DNA of 63,846 bases, filler included, from Collodictyon triciliatum (GCA_043381765.1; 6 parts of 6 records of this genome joined end to end with filler, not necessarily neighbours in it), one strand, 5' to 3'. Positions 24,393-39,265 are shown, counted from the first letter of the whole stretch. The notes: generated by a model from the sequence alone, not told the origin. A program made the numbers and translations.

Positions 24393-26721
24393 AGGATATT
24401 CCAGTGTTACTTTAAGTCAATGAATAGAAAATTGCAAATGCCAGATTTCTATACCTATGCCCGGTCACCCTATCTCTGAAGGTGAAAAAGAGAAGGTTCG
24501 TACCTGTTTATTCAATTATAATCCTATGGATATTGCAGTATATGAAGCATATTTAATTTGTGATATCATTTAATTTTTTTTCACTAATGTAGTTTGCAAC
24601 AGAATGCAATAATAAAAAAAACGGCAGATATTCGGCGAAAGACAATTTCTTAATGTATGTCAAAAATTTAAATTCTACATAGACTCGAAAGGACGTTGCT
24701 TTGCTAGAAGAGCTAATGACACTATTTTCCTCCTGACTGACACTCGCGAAAGTAGATGGCTACCAACTTTGTTGTCCACAAAATACGAGAAGGTCTTTTT
24801 ATTTTCTTTGTATTTTCTTTGTATTTTCTTTGTATTTTCTTTGTATTTTCTTTGTATTTTCTTTGTATTTTCTTTTTATTTTCTTTTTATTTTCTTTTTA
24901 TTTTCTTTTTATTTTCTTTTTATTTTCTTTTTATTTCCTTTTTATTTCCTTTTTATTTTCTTTTTATTTTCTTTTTATTTTCTTTTTATTTTCTTTTTAT
25001 TTTCCTTTTTCTTTTTATTTTCTGTTGGGTTACTTTGTGGTATAATAAATTATTTGTCCTTCGGCGAGAGAGGGGAGAAGTGCTTGTGAAGAAGAAAAAC
25101 AGGAGATGATATGATGGTGTTGTATTCAAGAAAAAAAAAGGCAATTAAAATTTTATGATAATTTCAAATGATTTGAGTAGATGACTATTAATTCGGCCCT
25201 TGGATTCGATTCTTATATGGTCATGAGGCATGGAAAAAAATCCCACCCCAAAAAATCGCGTCTTGGGTGTTACTTTTGCAACGATGTTGTGGCCCCCAAT
25301 GACGTAAATGATACTTTTATTCACCATATATTTGGATGTAAAAACGACTATCCACGGTACACCATATTATCGGTTTAAAATATCAATCATTCTTATTTTG
25401 TGGTTACTAGTCTCTGACTGATAGAACACTTGACCAACAATGCACTGTTACACGACCAGGATTGTCATTAATCGCCTCCTCGCTGGCAGGTCGGTCATAT
25501 ACTACTGAAATCATGTTTAAGATCGATTGGGTTTATTCATATATGTATATACTTTCGGTATTGCTAGCAGATATAGGCGATAAAACCACATACTCTTAAT
25601 GATCATGTTCACTTGTAGTGGAATTGATGGTGGCACTTTTACATCACCCTCTTGGGTATGTTGTATTTATTCAATGTCTTTATTATATTACGAATGTGGA
25701 CTAGGTGTCTTTCATTTAACCCATTTACCAGTCACCAACTGCTTAAAATATCGAAAACAGCGACAACGCCCCAAGCGAAGTTCCAGGACAGCAACCAAAC
25801 TCTGTTTTAGGTCTCGTTCCACACCAAACACGCGGAAATATTTCAAACTATTCGTTGGTTTGTCTATTCGTTGTATACCCCATCTTTCATACAAGCATAT
25901 ATTCCGCTTGAAGACTTTTACGGAGATTACGTTGCATCAATTTTGAGCTTCTTTGCAATTAAAAGTATAAGGTTGGCGAAGTGTAGGGTGATGACTAAAA
26001 GAGAAGTAATTTAGATGACCCTAACAGGATTCGCATTCGATAAGTGTACTGCATGTTCAGATATCGTAAATGCTGATATCCAATTACATGCAAGCTATAC
26101 TGTCATTTAACTAGGATTTTATCTGATATTTATACCCCTCTCATAATATATGTACATAGGTCGTCGATCAGTACGAAACAGCAGGATTCGAATTCTTGAA
26201 CCAAGTATTGAATTCCCCCACTTACCTTGGTGAGCTCTGATATTATGATGTTGTGATAAATGGAACGTGCGGCAAAATATGTCGTTTTTATGACCTCTTC
26301 AATTTACTTTCCTTTTGGTTTGTGGCTGCAGAGGACCTGACTGGGCTGACTGCGTTGAAATCAGGTTTGGGCGGTGTTACAGTCTATGCATTTTGATAGT
26401 GAATAGAGACTGGACTGATATTAAGTCAAAATATCCTTGAACGGCATGTTATTTCATATGAGTTATATAGAAAACTGATACAAACACTTTGCAAAATTCT
26501 CACACGTTCGATTTTAAATATGATTTATATTTTACAACCCGCCATCTACCGCCCCACCAGAACAATTTGATGTCGAATGGGATGAAGAGGATGGCTTTGG
26601 AGAAGAAACCGTGGGCTCCGATGAAGGCGAAGAAGATGGAGACGGACGCAATCAGCTCAAAGAAAAAGATGGCCACACGAAGGCGCCCGTCTCTTCTGGT
26701 GATGGTGATGACGATTTCTAA
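24393..26721 (+). pseudogene. ATG7: ATG7 (E1-like autophagy enzyme), C-terminal half only, with an apparent frameshift
   Basis: [82 protein letters not shown]. The frame breaks at about 24716 and no N-terminal half is found upstream. ATG7 identity is near certain; pseudogene versus assembly error is not. Confidence 0.7.
24800..25020. repeat. 11-mer T-rich intronic minisatellite (TATTTTCTTTG / TATTTTCTTTT)
   Basis: Inside an ATG7 intron. Confidence 0.92.
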
Positions 26722-27126
26722 GAACCGCTAGAGTGCGAGGTTGGGCAGCGGAAAACATATTCAGCAGCCCGTTATGGCATGAATAAACAAATGTCAGTCT
26801 CTTTTGATTTGCTGTGCGACATCACAGATTCTGATCATTTCAAGCCAATCCAGCGAAGCCCCATCGAGGCATGCGAGAGCACAGCGAACAGCAGACAAAA
26901 AAGAAATCTTGCTGTGAGGCTTTGTGGCATGAGTGCTTTTGGAATACAAACGAGCTCGGCTAGTTTGAACGTGGGGAGGAATTGTAGAAACATTCTCGTC
27001 TCTTTGTCTAGATCAGTATTATGCTGCTTCTTTATTGAAAAAAAAAATAAAACCAGAAAAAAAAAGTAACTTGGGAAGATGTGATCAAGAGAAAGGAAAA
27101 TGAGAGCCTGACTGAAAAGTGTTTAG

Positions 27127-29629
27127 ATGCCCGGCGTTCTCTCCATCTCAAGACAAAGTCTGTCGTTCTCCTCCACGGACGGAGCTCTTCCAGTTTTCTC
27201 CATCAATCGAACAACTGGGGTCGTCACACTTGGTCAGTCTCACAATTATAATCACGATCATGATCAGAATAATAATAAGTAAAGCATTGGTCAAAATGAT
27301 TTTCTTTGAAGAGTAACTGCCCCCTTTCTTTTTTTTTTTTCTTCTAAAGCTCATGGTTTACTCACTATTAACTGTTCGTTCTAAAAGATGCTCCGAGCTC
27401 TGTTACGTCGGAGCGCACGGTAAACTTTGAAGCTCTCTTTGGTATCATCAACCTTCCTTCAGGTAAAGCTATGCAAGTTGTTTTTTGTTTTTGTTTTTGT
27501 TTTTGTTTTTGTTTTTGTTTTTGTTTTTGTTTTTGTTTTTGTTTTTGTTTTTGTTTTTGTTTTTGTTTTTGTTTTTGTTTTTGTTTTTGTTTTTATTTCT
27601 ATGAATGGAACTTTAATGGCCGCTTCGCTTATCCTTCCCACAGTTTGTACTTATTCGTCTATTGTCAGGTGATCATGTTATTCTGGTGACTGAGATTAAA
27701 ATGGTTGCTTATGTACTGGAGAAACCCTTCTATCAAATCACCGGTACCGAGGTTATTCCTGTGAAACTGAATCCTGACGGAGGGGTCAGCAAGAAAGTGG
27801 GGATATGCTTTGAGATATATTCATATGAAAATAATCATGAGGCGAATCTTCATGTTATATGTTGTATGTATTGAATCACAGCAGGTGTTCTATGCAAATA
27901 ATTTATTTATTTATTTCAAGTATCCCTTGTCTTCAACAAAACGAACTGTAGCTCGCCGACAAGTACCTCAACTTGCTGAAGCAGCAGTTGAAAACCCCTA
28001 GCTTTTACTACTCTCCTGGCTATGATCTGACCACTTCACTCCAAGCTGCGCAGAATGTTGATCCATCTGCCCCAGTCACGCAAAGAGTAAGAAATATTTT
28101 GTTTTAAAACATAATAAAATGCAACCATGAAGTTGGATTAAATTTAGAAGAAGAAGAAAAGGAAAGGAATGATTATGTGACTTTGCTTGGATAATAGGTT
28201 CAGCAGGAATTCATGTGGAATTATCACGCCTCCCGAAAACTTTTGGATAATCCAGATGTAACCCACCCGAATAAATGTTAAGGATATTTTTGCATACCTC
28301 TCTTTTCATGTTATTTACCCATTCACTAAAAAACGGAAATGCTTACTTGCTTTCCAAAAGCTTCACCCTTGGGTTGTTCCTGTCATATGTGGATGTATCC
28401 AACACTTTTCATAAGAAACATGGTACATTTGATGAGTGAGATAATTTCTAGATTGAAAATGCGTATATAATAACTACTATTGTACTTGACTATTCGAAAG
28501 TTGTTTTCTCGAAAAACGCTTCTATTTCCAGCTCGGCTTTCTCCTATACGCTGATTTCTCGTCGCAGCCGACTTCGTCCAGGTATATTTTCCTTTGTATT
28601 ATATTCTCACAGCACTATTTGTTATTACATAACCCCTTCTTCTTTTTTTTTTCATTTACCATGAGAGCTATAGTAAAATACCCTGTGTAACTTGATGCTA
28701 TAAGGAACACGATACTTTGTCCGTGGAATTGACACAGATGGAAATGTCGCAAATTTTGTTGAAACGGAGCAGGTTATTACCATATATATTCGAAGTTTCC
28801 TTTCCATTCATTTGATTTGGGAAAATGTAATATATTTACTGAATATACTTTTTTGTTTCCTCAGATTTTAACGAAGGGCTCTACAACATCCTCTTTTTTA
28901 CAAATCAGAGGATCTATTCCACTTATTTGGTAGCTGGTTCAATCAATAATACAAAAAAGAAAAAGAAAACTTAAAACGTCAGGCTTTCCACTGCTATAAT
29001 AAAACAATAAAAGGACATTTTCTTTTCCAAAAGCATATTCACCAGAGCTGCAGATAATATCATTCATTTTATGTTCTAGGAACCAAACGCCGAATATCAA
29101 ATATAAACCCAGTATCGAGGTGAATCCCTCTCCGCTTAATGTAAGATTCTCTTACTTTTATAATTAAATTAACAAGAAATGATCGGAAAAATCATAATGT
29201 AGAAGGAAAAGAATAGAGAACATTTGATCGTTATTTGGTAGTATTATTACCATTATTTGGTATTTACAGACCCTATTTATGTCATATGTTCATTTTAGGA
29301 TACTGCATTTGAGAAGCATGCAAAGAAAATGAAAGAGCGCTACTCCAAAGTAACCTTAGTTAATCTGGTTGACGCCAAGGGTGGGGAACTTAGACTTGCC
29401 TCGGTTAAGACTATTACTGAACAAAAAAAAAAATTATAATTATATATGATCTAAATACGCTAACAGATGGCATGTAAGTCGAGCTGATCTAATTATATAC
29501 CTACAATACAGACTTTTGAGCAGAAAAATACAAAGTATAGCAGCATGGGCATGCGGTAGATGATTTTAGATTATTTTTTTTTTGAATATAGAGTTCATTT
29601 TTTCTGCTTTGAATTGTACTTGTTAATGA

Positions 29630-29691
<62 letters not shown>

Positions 29692-31571
29692 GCGTAGATA
29701 CATCCACTTTGACTTCCATAAGAAATGCAGCGGGATGAAATATCAAAACTTGATAGAGCTTCTGAAGAGCGGTACCCTTTTCTTTTTAAATTAAAATTAT
29801 GTATGGTGCATTCATCACCTAGAGAGAGGTGTTTTTTCTACTTTTCCATGGATTATCATGTACTCAAACGCGAAATATTGGGATTAGTGGAGAACGATAT
29901 TATCGAGTTTGGGTTTTTCTCTAAGGCTGATGGAAAAGTTCAAGTAGATTTTTTTTTATGATGTTAAATTATATTTTACTTTTCCTGTTTCCTGTGAATG
30001 AAAAGGTCTTTCGCTTACTTGTTTTCCCCTTTGACATTAGCTTATGATGATTAAATTAAGAATAAAAATTCCTTGTAAAATCATATCAGAGCATCCAAAA
30101 CGGCGTTTTCCGCACAAATTGTGTCGATTGTCTGGACCGTACTAATGTGGTCCAAAGCATGCTTGCCCGCTATGTGCTGAACCAACAACTACAGGTTTTG
30201 CTTGTTTTTTGTTTGTTTGTTTGTTTGTTTGTTTGTTTGTTTGTTTGTTTGTTTGTTTGTTTGTTTGTTTGTTTGTTTGTTTGTTTGTTTGTTTGTTTGT
30301 TTGTGGGAAACTGGTATTCTAGCGTAAATACGATTACACCACATGTGTCTTTTCAAATATTAAGAAATCATCATGATGTGCTTAGGAAGTCGGCATCCTC
30401 AATGAAAACGAGACGTTTGATAGATATGCAGCGTTCGAAACAGTTTTCAAACATGGTAAAAAAAAAAAAAAAACCTGGCATGAACTTTTCATGTTACCTT
30501 GACTGATTTTTTGTGGTTAAGAAAAAAATCTTTTATTCGATTCAAGCTGTGATTGAGAAATTTTAAATGGCTAATACCTTATACCTTCATGGGCAAAAAA
30601 AAAAAGTTTGGGCTGACCACGCGGATGCAGTAAGCACTCAATACTCTGGAACACCGGCCCTAAAGACTGACTTTACGCGGTAGGACTTATTTACATATGA
30701 AATGATTCAGAACTTTCATTTCATTCGTACTATTTTGCTTTCTATACTGTGATAGCACTGGGCGCCGTACCTACCGTGGGGCTATCGACGACGGAATCAA
30801 TTCGTTGAAGCGCTACGTGCTTAACAACTTTTACGACGGTGAAAGACAAGTGAGTTAAATTTGAAGCCATCAGAATAATGTGATTACGCAGCAAAAATAA
30901 GATAGCTACTGAAGCTCAACTTTTTTTTAAAATAATAATAATAATCCTCATTACTTGAATATTTTTTTTTCACTCGTGTGTGTCTGTGCTAGGATTCGTA
31001 TGACCTTATTCAAGGCAACTTTTTCCCCGGACAAGGAAAAGACCCGTTCGCCAACTTGACTGTCATTCGCCTGGTAAGAAGTCTTCCCTTTTTCTTTCAT
31101 TCACGCGGATGCTTGAAGGCAACCGACCCCAAAACGAAATTCTTGAATTAGCATCTCTGAAGTCTACTACAGTTTGCACTGTTTTTTGTTTTTCGAATTC
31201 ATTTGAGCAAACACACCAAAGGTCATTGTCTTGCTTATGATTGCCATCTTATTTGTTGTCGGCTCCACTTTCCCTCCGAGTAAGTCGCCCGATATTAAAT
31301 AAATCCAGTATTTCCTTTTGGCGATATGGCTATGAAGCCCCGATGCACTTGTAATCAAAACTTTGTCCACAAAGAAATCTATATCACACATGCCTTTGGA
31401 TTATCCTTGTTAAAATGATTTGATGATAATAAAACAGGCTCGGACCCAGCAGACTTTGCTCTCTTTGCCGTGTCGCTGGCCTTGACGTGCTTCGTGCTGT
31501 TCCGCATAGCCGTGGCAGCATCATCCAAGCTTGTGGATTACCCGGCGCTGAACCCAAAGTACCGCAGATAG
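27127..31571 (+). CDS. SAC1: SAC1 phosphatidylinositol-4-phosphate phosphatase, many exons
   Basis: [33 protein letters not shown], catalytic [16 protein letters not shown] (CX5R), [34 protein letters not shown], two C-terminal TMs. Confidence 0.95.
27480..27595. repeat. (TTTTTG)n intronic microsatellite
   Basis: Inside a SAC1 intron. Confidence 0.95.
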
Positions 31572-32276
31572 ACGCCCCAAGTCAACACCGCTTGCGTCTG
31601 GCTGGAATCGAACCTGCATCCCACAGTCACCCGAATAAACCCATCCCTTCAAAGCCGGCAGAAAAGGAGTGAACCCTCCATCCAAACATTGCGCGCCAAA
31701 AGAGTTCATAACGGTTCACACTAAATATGGAAAATTCCACAACGGCTTCTGCACCGAGTTGCATCTCTTTCATTGAATGCTGGCAGAGAACGCGCCAGCT
31801 GTGCGGCCTTGGGGGAGGCCTATTTCGCTCGGATTGTCGGATAAAGATGCAAACCAGACTATCACAGAGGAAAGAAACTCGATGGAAGTCCCTGTGTATT
31901 GGTTGATTCGCCGCAACTGCCGTTCCCTTGCCGCAGGCGCCACTTCCCCCCGCACGAGCCCAGAGCCGGATGGGAGAGACTGTGTTGTGCGCACGCGGGT
32001 TGTGAACGGATCATTTCTTCCTGACCGCACGATTTATTTCTCTCATAGACCAAGGGAAGAAACCCCACGCAGAAGGAAGCGATAGGGTCTCGAAGAACGT
32101 CCCGGCCTTCGTCTCCTTTGCCCAGCGCCACTTCTTCCGCTCCTTTCTTTTCTTGGAAGCTTGAACCGCACTCAGCCCGGATAGTTGGACCGGATTTCCC
32201 AGACAGCCCACCTTTTCCGAAGCACCCCAGCAAAAACTGTACTGGGTCACCCTCCCCGGCCGAGAGAGAAAGGAAG

Positions 32277-32421
32277 ATGTCGTCCGGGTCAAAAAACGAT
32301 CGCTTCTGGCTGGATCCCAACCTCGCTGCGGTGGAAGCGGCGCCGCCCGTGAAGCCAAAGAACTTTCCTGGTGTGGAGGAGATCACCTTCAACGCAGCAG
32401 AAGAGCGCAAACAGGTACGCG

Positions 32422-32510
<89 letters not shown>

Positions 32511-33023
32511 TTCTCTCTTTTCTCTCTCTCTTTTCTCTCTCTCTTTTCTCTCTCTCTCTCTNNNNNNNNNNNNNNNNNNNNNNNNNNNNNNNNNNNNNNN
32601 NNNNNNNNNNNNNNNNNNNNNNNNNNNNNNNNNNNNNNNNNNNNNNNNNNNNNNNNNNNNNNNNNNNNNNNNNNNNNNNNNNNNNNNNNNNNNNNNNNNN
32701 NNNNNNNNNNNNNNNNNNNNNNNNNNNNNNNNNNNNNNNNNNNNNNNNNNNNNNNNNNNNNNNNNNNNNNNNNNNNNNNNNNNNNNNNNNNNNNNNNNNN
32801 NNNNNNNNNNNNNNNNNNNNNNNNNNNNNNNNNNNNNNNNNNNNNNNNNNNNNNNNNNNNNNNNNNNNNNNNNNNNNNNNNNNNNNNNNNNNNNNNNNNN
32901 NNNNNNNNNNNNNNNNNNNNNNNNNNNNNNNNNNNNNNNNNNNNNNNNNNNNNNNNNNNNNNNNNNNNNNNNNNNNNNNNNNNNNNNNNNNNNNNNNNNN
33001 NNNNNNNNNNNNNNNNNNNNNNN

Positions 33024-33069
<46 letters not shown>

Positions 33070-33156
33070 TTCTCTCTTTCTCTCTTTCTCTCTTTTCTCT
33101 CTCTCTTTTCTCTCTCTCTTTTCTCTCTCTCTTTTCTCTCTCTCTTTTCTCTCTCT

Positions 33157-33238
<82 letters not shown>

Positions 33239-36200
33239 CCTTTGTCCAACTCCGTCTGCGCGACCAACAAGCAAATCTGCTGATCAAATCCTGCGCCTGC
33301 AGCTCACGGCGGATGAGGAGGACATTGCGCTGCTGACCGTGGACGAAGCCCTGTTCCTGAGCTTCTCATGGGTGGGCGAGCTGATGCACTGGCTGCTGCT
33401 ACTGGCCACGGGCGGGCTGTACTGGCTGGTCACGCGCTGGGTGCGAGGGCTGGAGGCGGCTGTACGCTACCGCCGTGTTGCCTCGCCCGACCCCGCGGCA
33501 GACTACGTGCTGGCCTACTCCATCGACCGCTTCGAGGAGATCTGCCCTATCCGCTCCATCGACCCGCGCACAGGTACTCCTGAGTGGGTTCCGGTGAGTC
33601 AGGCCCGCTCGGCCGCCGCAGCATCCTCAGCGTCGCCATCGGCCTTCCCATTCCCCCGCATGTTCGAGTGGCGCCACGAGCGCTTCTGGTTCGACACGGC
33701 CGCGGGCAAGTGGGTGCGGCTGCAGTTTGCCGTGAATCAGGCGTCGCACCGGCTCCACGACATGGCTGCCACACTGGCCTTCCGCAACTGGGACGCCATG
33801 AAGGCTGCCCAGACCGGGGCGGCGGCGCCTCTGGGCGATCTCTACAAGGGTGACCTCTCATGGGACGATTACACCCGCGACCTGACCTACGGCATCAACA
33901 TCATCGACATCAAGCCCAAGCCCTTCATCGTCCTCATCAAGGACGAGGCCCTCAAGCCCTTCTTTGTCTTCCAGATCTTCTCCCTGATTGTATGGTACTT
34001 CCAGGTTTGTCCTCAGTCTCTCTATCTCCTTCCTTCCTTCATCTTTCATTTCATGATTTTGGGGGCCAGGCTCATGGACATAATCCTTCGCCCCATGCTC
34101 CATTTGTGCAGGCGTACTACCTCTACACGGGCATCGTCTTTATGTTCACCATCATCTCGCTCTGCTCCACATCCTTTGTGACGTGGCGAAACCAGCACAG
34201 TCTGCAGCGCATCGCAAAGTCCGAGGTCCCTGTCACAAAGCTCTTCTTGTCAAACAAGCAGAGCACAGAGGTCATTTCGCCCGAAGTACTGCACCGCAAT
34301 GGCCGCAGCAAGGGCACTGAACGCACCCGCCCCTGGGCTCCCGTCCCGACCTTCCATCGCGAGGTCATCAGCAGTGCAAAGCTCCATCCGGGCGACTTGA
34401 TTGAGATCACCAACGGCACCACCATCCCTTGCGACATGATCCTGCTGTCTGGAAGTGTTGTCATCAACGAAGCCATGCTTACCGGTGAGAGTGCCCCAGT
34501 CCAAAAGACATCTATTCCTTACCATCATGGTGATGGCCCAAGCACAGACCAGAGCTCCTGGTTCAGACTCGGCTCCGACCGCGATGCAAAGTATGTTTTG
34601 TACTCGGGCACAAAAGTTGTCCAGGCAAAGCCCCAACCTGCAGCCATTTGCAACCCCATCGCAGAGCGACAACAATCTTCTGATCAGTATACATATAAAA
34701 ATCCTCAAACCATCTGGCAGGTACCCATCGTTTTCGATCTGATGATAATCAAAAAAAATTAACATTCAATTGAATCAGCCTTCTCAGGTTTTCTTTGATT
34801 TTTGTTCCATTTTTTTACATAAATAATACCCATCCATCAGTTCTCCATGGACCAAGCAGCGGCCTCATATTCCGAACATCTTAAAACTACAGATATATCT
34901 GAAGCTGATATCGAGAAAAGGGTTCAAGTTTTCCTCGATTCCTTCAAGAATAGAGAGAAATCTCTCCCCATTATTGGCATGGTCATCAAGACAGGCTTCA
35001 ACACCGCCAAGGGGAAGCTGATTCGCGCTATACTCTATCCAAAGCCCTCAAAATTCGATTTTGACAAGCAAATGGTGAAGTTTATGATCATTCTAATCGC
35101 CGCTACCCTCGCTGGGTGTCTCGCCACTGTTGGATTCTACGAAGACCAAGGAGCTTCCAGCTTGGATACACTCTTAAGTTGCTTGAATATTGTTACTGTT
35201 GCCATCCCCCCTGCTCTCCCACTGGCTCTCTCCGTTGCCCTCACGACTACTTTTTCTGAGCTGCAGCTCAAGAAAATCTTTTGTATCAACCCGAATCGTA
35301 TCGTCCCTGCCGGTCGTGTGAACACTCTGTGCTTTGACAAGACAGGAACTCTGACTGAAGATGGTCTTACCCTTAAGAGTGTCCATACACTCACAGCCTC
35401 CGATGAACATGACGTTCCTCATGACGGAAACCCAAAGTCCAAATCCATGATGTCACACACCACACTCAGTCAGCCAGAGACAGACCTTGTCACATTGTAT
35501 CAGAAGGTTTCTACATCTGAGCAAAAAACACGTTTGTTTACTAATAAGACTTACATGACAAGAGACGGTATTATTGCTCCTTGTAGACTCGGGATGGCCT
35601 ATGTTGTCGCTGCATGCCACAGGTATTGTCCTTAGGGGAAAATGGCATTCAATTTATTTTTTGTCAGTAATCTACATATCGACGATAAAAGAAATTCCAG
35701 AAACCTTTACATTTCCTTTAAGGGAAAACAATAATTTTCTCATATAGATATGCTCTATTGATAAAAAAAAATATATATGTTATATATAGCCTTGCTGTCC
35801 TCGAAGAGGATGACCTCAACGACGATGACATCTCCGTCGATATGGAGAAGGAAGGAAAGAAGAAGCCAGAGAAGGAGCCCACTGGAGAATATAAAGAGCA
35901 GTTTGTTGGAGACCCACTCGAGATTCAAATGTTCGCCCAGTCTGGTTGGAGATTCGATACTAGGTCGTCAATCAACAAGAAAAGAGGGATGTTTGGCTCT
36001 CAGGTTTTTTTTAAAAAAAAAAATGTTTCAGTACGATGAAATGGCGAATAAAATAAGAATAACCCCTTAATGCTACTATAGTGCTTATATCATAATCTTC
36101 AAGAGTTCGTAGATTTTTTTTTAAAAAAAAAAAAAAGATAATTATTTAAGGCAAGTTCTTAAATCATGACACATCTTAGGTTTGGGATGACACCAATCTT

Positions 36201-39200
36201 CCCTCAGCGACTGAAGTTGTAATGGTGCCACCCCAAGTAGCTGGTGCTGACGAAGCTCTTGCCATCATCCGGCGATTTGATTTCGATTCCACACTTAGAA
36301 GAATGAGCAGTGTGGTCTATCATTCCCCGATTGAAAAGCAGAGAAGAGACGATATGTACTTCTCTACTTTAGTGAAAGGTCTGATGAATAATAGTAAAAA
36401 TCATACAATTAATTTAACCTCTCATCAATGAATCGGATACTTATGATTCAAAATATAGGGGCTCCTGAAAGTCTGCGTGAGCTTTGTTACGAATTCAGTA
36501 TCCCAGCTGACTATGACCAAGTTCTTCATAACTTAACAATGGAGGGATATCGCGTTCTTGCCTGTGCATATAGACCATTCACCGCTCGTGAAGTCATTGG
36601 CCCTGATGCGTCGTCCAGCATGACACAACAGGAACTCATGGAAGCTACCCGAAAGTACGTATCATCATCTCGCCGTGATGAGATGGAGAAGGACCTTTAC
36701 TTTGCTGGATTTATTGTTATGGAGAACTCCTTGAAGAAACCCACTCTGCGCTACTTGGAAGAATTCATTCGTGCTGGTCTTCGATGTATTATGGTGACCG
36801 GTGATAATCCGATGACTGCTGCTGCTGTAGCAAAGCAATGCGATCCATTCTTCTTAAGGCCATCACGACGCACTGTTCTGCTCGACCAAATCAAGGAGCC
36901 TGGACAGGAAGGAAAGCTTGTGATTCGCGACTTGTTGAAGCCTGAAGTATCCACAAACTTCTTTGCGTTCCTCAGAAACCGGAAGGACCACGCCAATATC
37001 AAACTTACTGGGGCCAAAGAAGTAGACCTTGTTGATGACTATGCCGGAACAATTCCAGCCGAACTCTCCACTGAACTGGATATCGTCGTGACTGGCGCAG
37101 CCTTCCAAAAACTCCAAATGATTCACGAGGAGTACATCAAGGAGCAGCAAGAAAATGCACGCAAGAATGGTGAAAAGTAATGCTTCCCTTCGTCATGTTA
37201 TTTTCAGTTTACACTATTTTATATCCGAATATTAACATTTTCTCTGTACTCTCTTTGCTTCATATTTAGGTTCAACCGCAACGCTGGCTTTCACCTGACA
37301 CCGTATCATCTCGTCTTAACCAGAGCAAACATTTTTGCCAGAATGTCCCCACAAAACAAGCAGGAGCTGATGACCTCTCTTCAGGACATTTCACTAGTGG
37401 TTGCTATGTATAGAACAAATATTTTCTTTACACAAGAACTATGTCCAAATTATTTTTGTTTTCATCTTTTCTCTAATACTAACACACGTAATCTGCTGAA
37501 TAGGACGGGAGATGGTGCCAACGATTCTGGAGCACTGAAGTCTGCCGATGTGGGACTCAGTATTCGCGCCAATGATAATGAAATTGAGGATGCTTCTAAC
37601 TCTGCACCAACGATTGCTGCACCCTTTTCAACATCCTACTCTCATATTGGAGCTGTATGTCTTTTTCCTCTCACACGACCACGCGGTTTTTAGTATCTGC
37701 ATTGATTCATTATTTAAAAAAGAAAGTACACGATAAACTGTCTGTACTTACATATTTTTGTTTCCCTCTGTAGTTGTCCATTCTCTTGACTGAAGGGCGT
37801 GCTTGTCTGGTATCGTCCTTCTCCATGTTCAGGTTTATGTTTTCGTACGGTGTCATCCAGTTCACATCGGTCCTTATTTTGTACCGCCTTGTGCTAGAGC
37901 TTCACAATAACCAGTACTTGTGGTCTGATTTGTGTAAGTGTATCCCATTCCCCTCCTTCTCCAGATATGAATTGTCTCATTCAACCCCCAGCATGACAAA
38001 AAATTCTTGTTAGTCCTTGTGTTCCCACTTGCTGTTGTCATGCCCACCATCAAAGCAAAGCCCACCCTCAGCCGAGGACGCCCAGAATCCGATCTGTTTT
38101 CCCCCAGTATTCTGCGCTCTGTGATAGGCCTTGGCGCCATCGTTGCCATCTTCCAAGTTGGGGCTAATGAGTACTTTCGAACCACCTGTAATTCTATCAC
38201 AACGTTGAATCATGCCGCACTTGTATACCATTTTCGCGCCTAATGCGTCTGGGCTGATAACACAAGAGAAGAGTAACCGCTGCGCTTTATTATCTTATCC
38301 AACAACAGCTGATTTCATTGTGCCTGATGATGACACTGACACCACGAATAACCCGGACACCAGCCAAAGCTATGTTTTCTCATCCTTCCAATACACCGCG
38401 GTGGGAGTGGCTGTAAGCCAGAGCTACGGTGTGTTCCGCCAGCCTTTATACCGCGCATATCTTCTGTGTCTGGTGTTTTTGGCCCAGTTTGGCATGAACT
38501 CTGCCATGTTGCTCGGGTAAGTGCATATACGCCTGACATGTATTGCGCATACTTCCCCTCTCTACTTTCTTCTTCCTCTATGTTGTTCCTATCTGTTCTT
38601 CGATTATTGATGCGTGCTCATCATTTTCGTTTCGTGCAGACCAAATGACGACATTAAGGACTACTTCAAGATTATCCCCCCAGCATGGGAAGTAAGGTAC
38701 GGCCGCCCTCGTCCAGGGTTACATCTTCTTTGTCCTCTCCATATATGCCCCACAATGAACTCGGACATGAATGAGCGCAAGGTCTCGTGAACGAGACCAT
38801 CGTGTTTGAAGTTTGGGTTCTTCCTTCCCGTCACCGTCTGTTGCTGATTCCCCCATTCATTCTGTTGTTGCAGAATCAAGCTGTTCGTCTTGGCCATTGC
38901 AAACAGCATCGTCTTCGTGTTGTATGAGCGCTTCTGTGTCCCTCACCAATCACCCGACGAGGAGCCCTTCGATGTGGACGCGGTGGTCAAGGAAATCAGG
39001 CCGCGGGAGCATTCTGACACTGTGGTACGCTGTATTTCGACATCGGCCCTGCCACAACTGACAGCAATACTCTCTTCTATTCTCCTCTCCCAACGTTCTG
39101 TTGCCTTCTGCTCGCACTCACACTAGACCCACACAGCCCTTGGAGCACGACAAGGCCGACTTCCAGCCTACCTTCCTCCCCAAGCTGCGCTGGGCTGTGC

Positions 39201-39265
39201 CGCAATACACCATCATCCAGTCGGTTACTTCCCCCATCTGGTCGGCCCTGGCCTATGCCCAGTGA
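32277..39265 (+). CDS. P5B-type ATPase (ATP13A2-5/Ypk9-like polyamine transporter family)
   Basis: PFFVFQIFS, LTGES, PPALP (P5B-diagnostic M4), CFDKTGTLT phosphorylation site, KGAPE, VTGDN, ARMSP, GDGAND. Confidence 0.95.
32422..33235. repeat. (CT)n-rich intronic tract spanning an N gap
   Basis: First intron of the P5B-ATPase. Confidence 0.93.

Noticed and set aside
28395-28500. U12-type intron in SAC1 (donor GTATCC)
   Set aside because: It continues GTATCCAA rather than GTATCCTT and has no CCTTAAC-type branch site.
31590-31690. tRNA on the minus strand (GGTTCGATTCC B-box-like)
   Set aside because: The T stem is mismatched and I could not build D, anticodon or acceptor arms at the right spacing.
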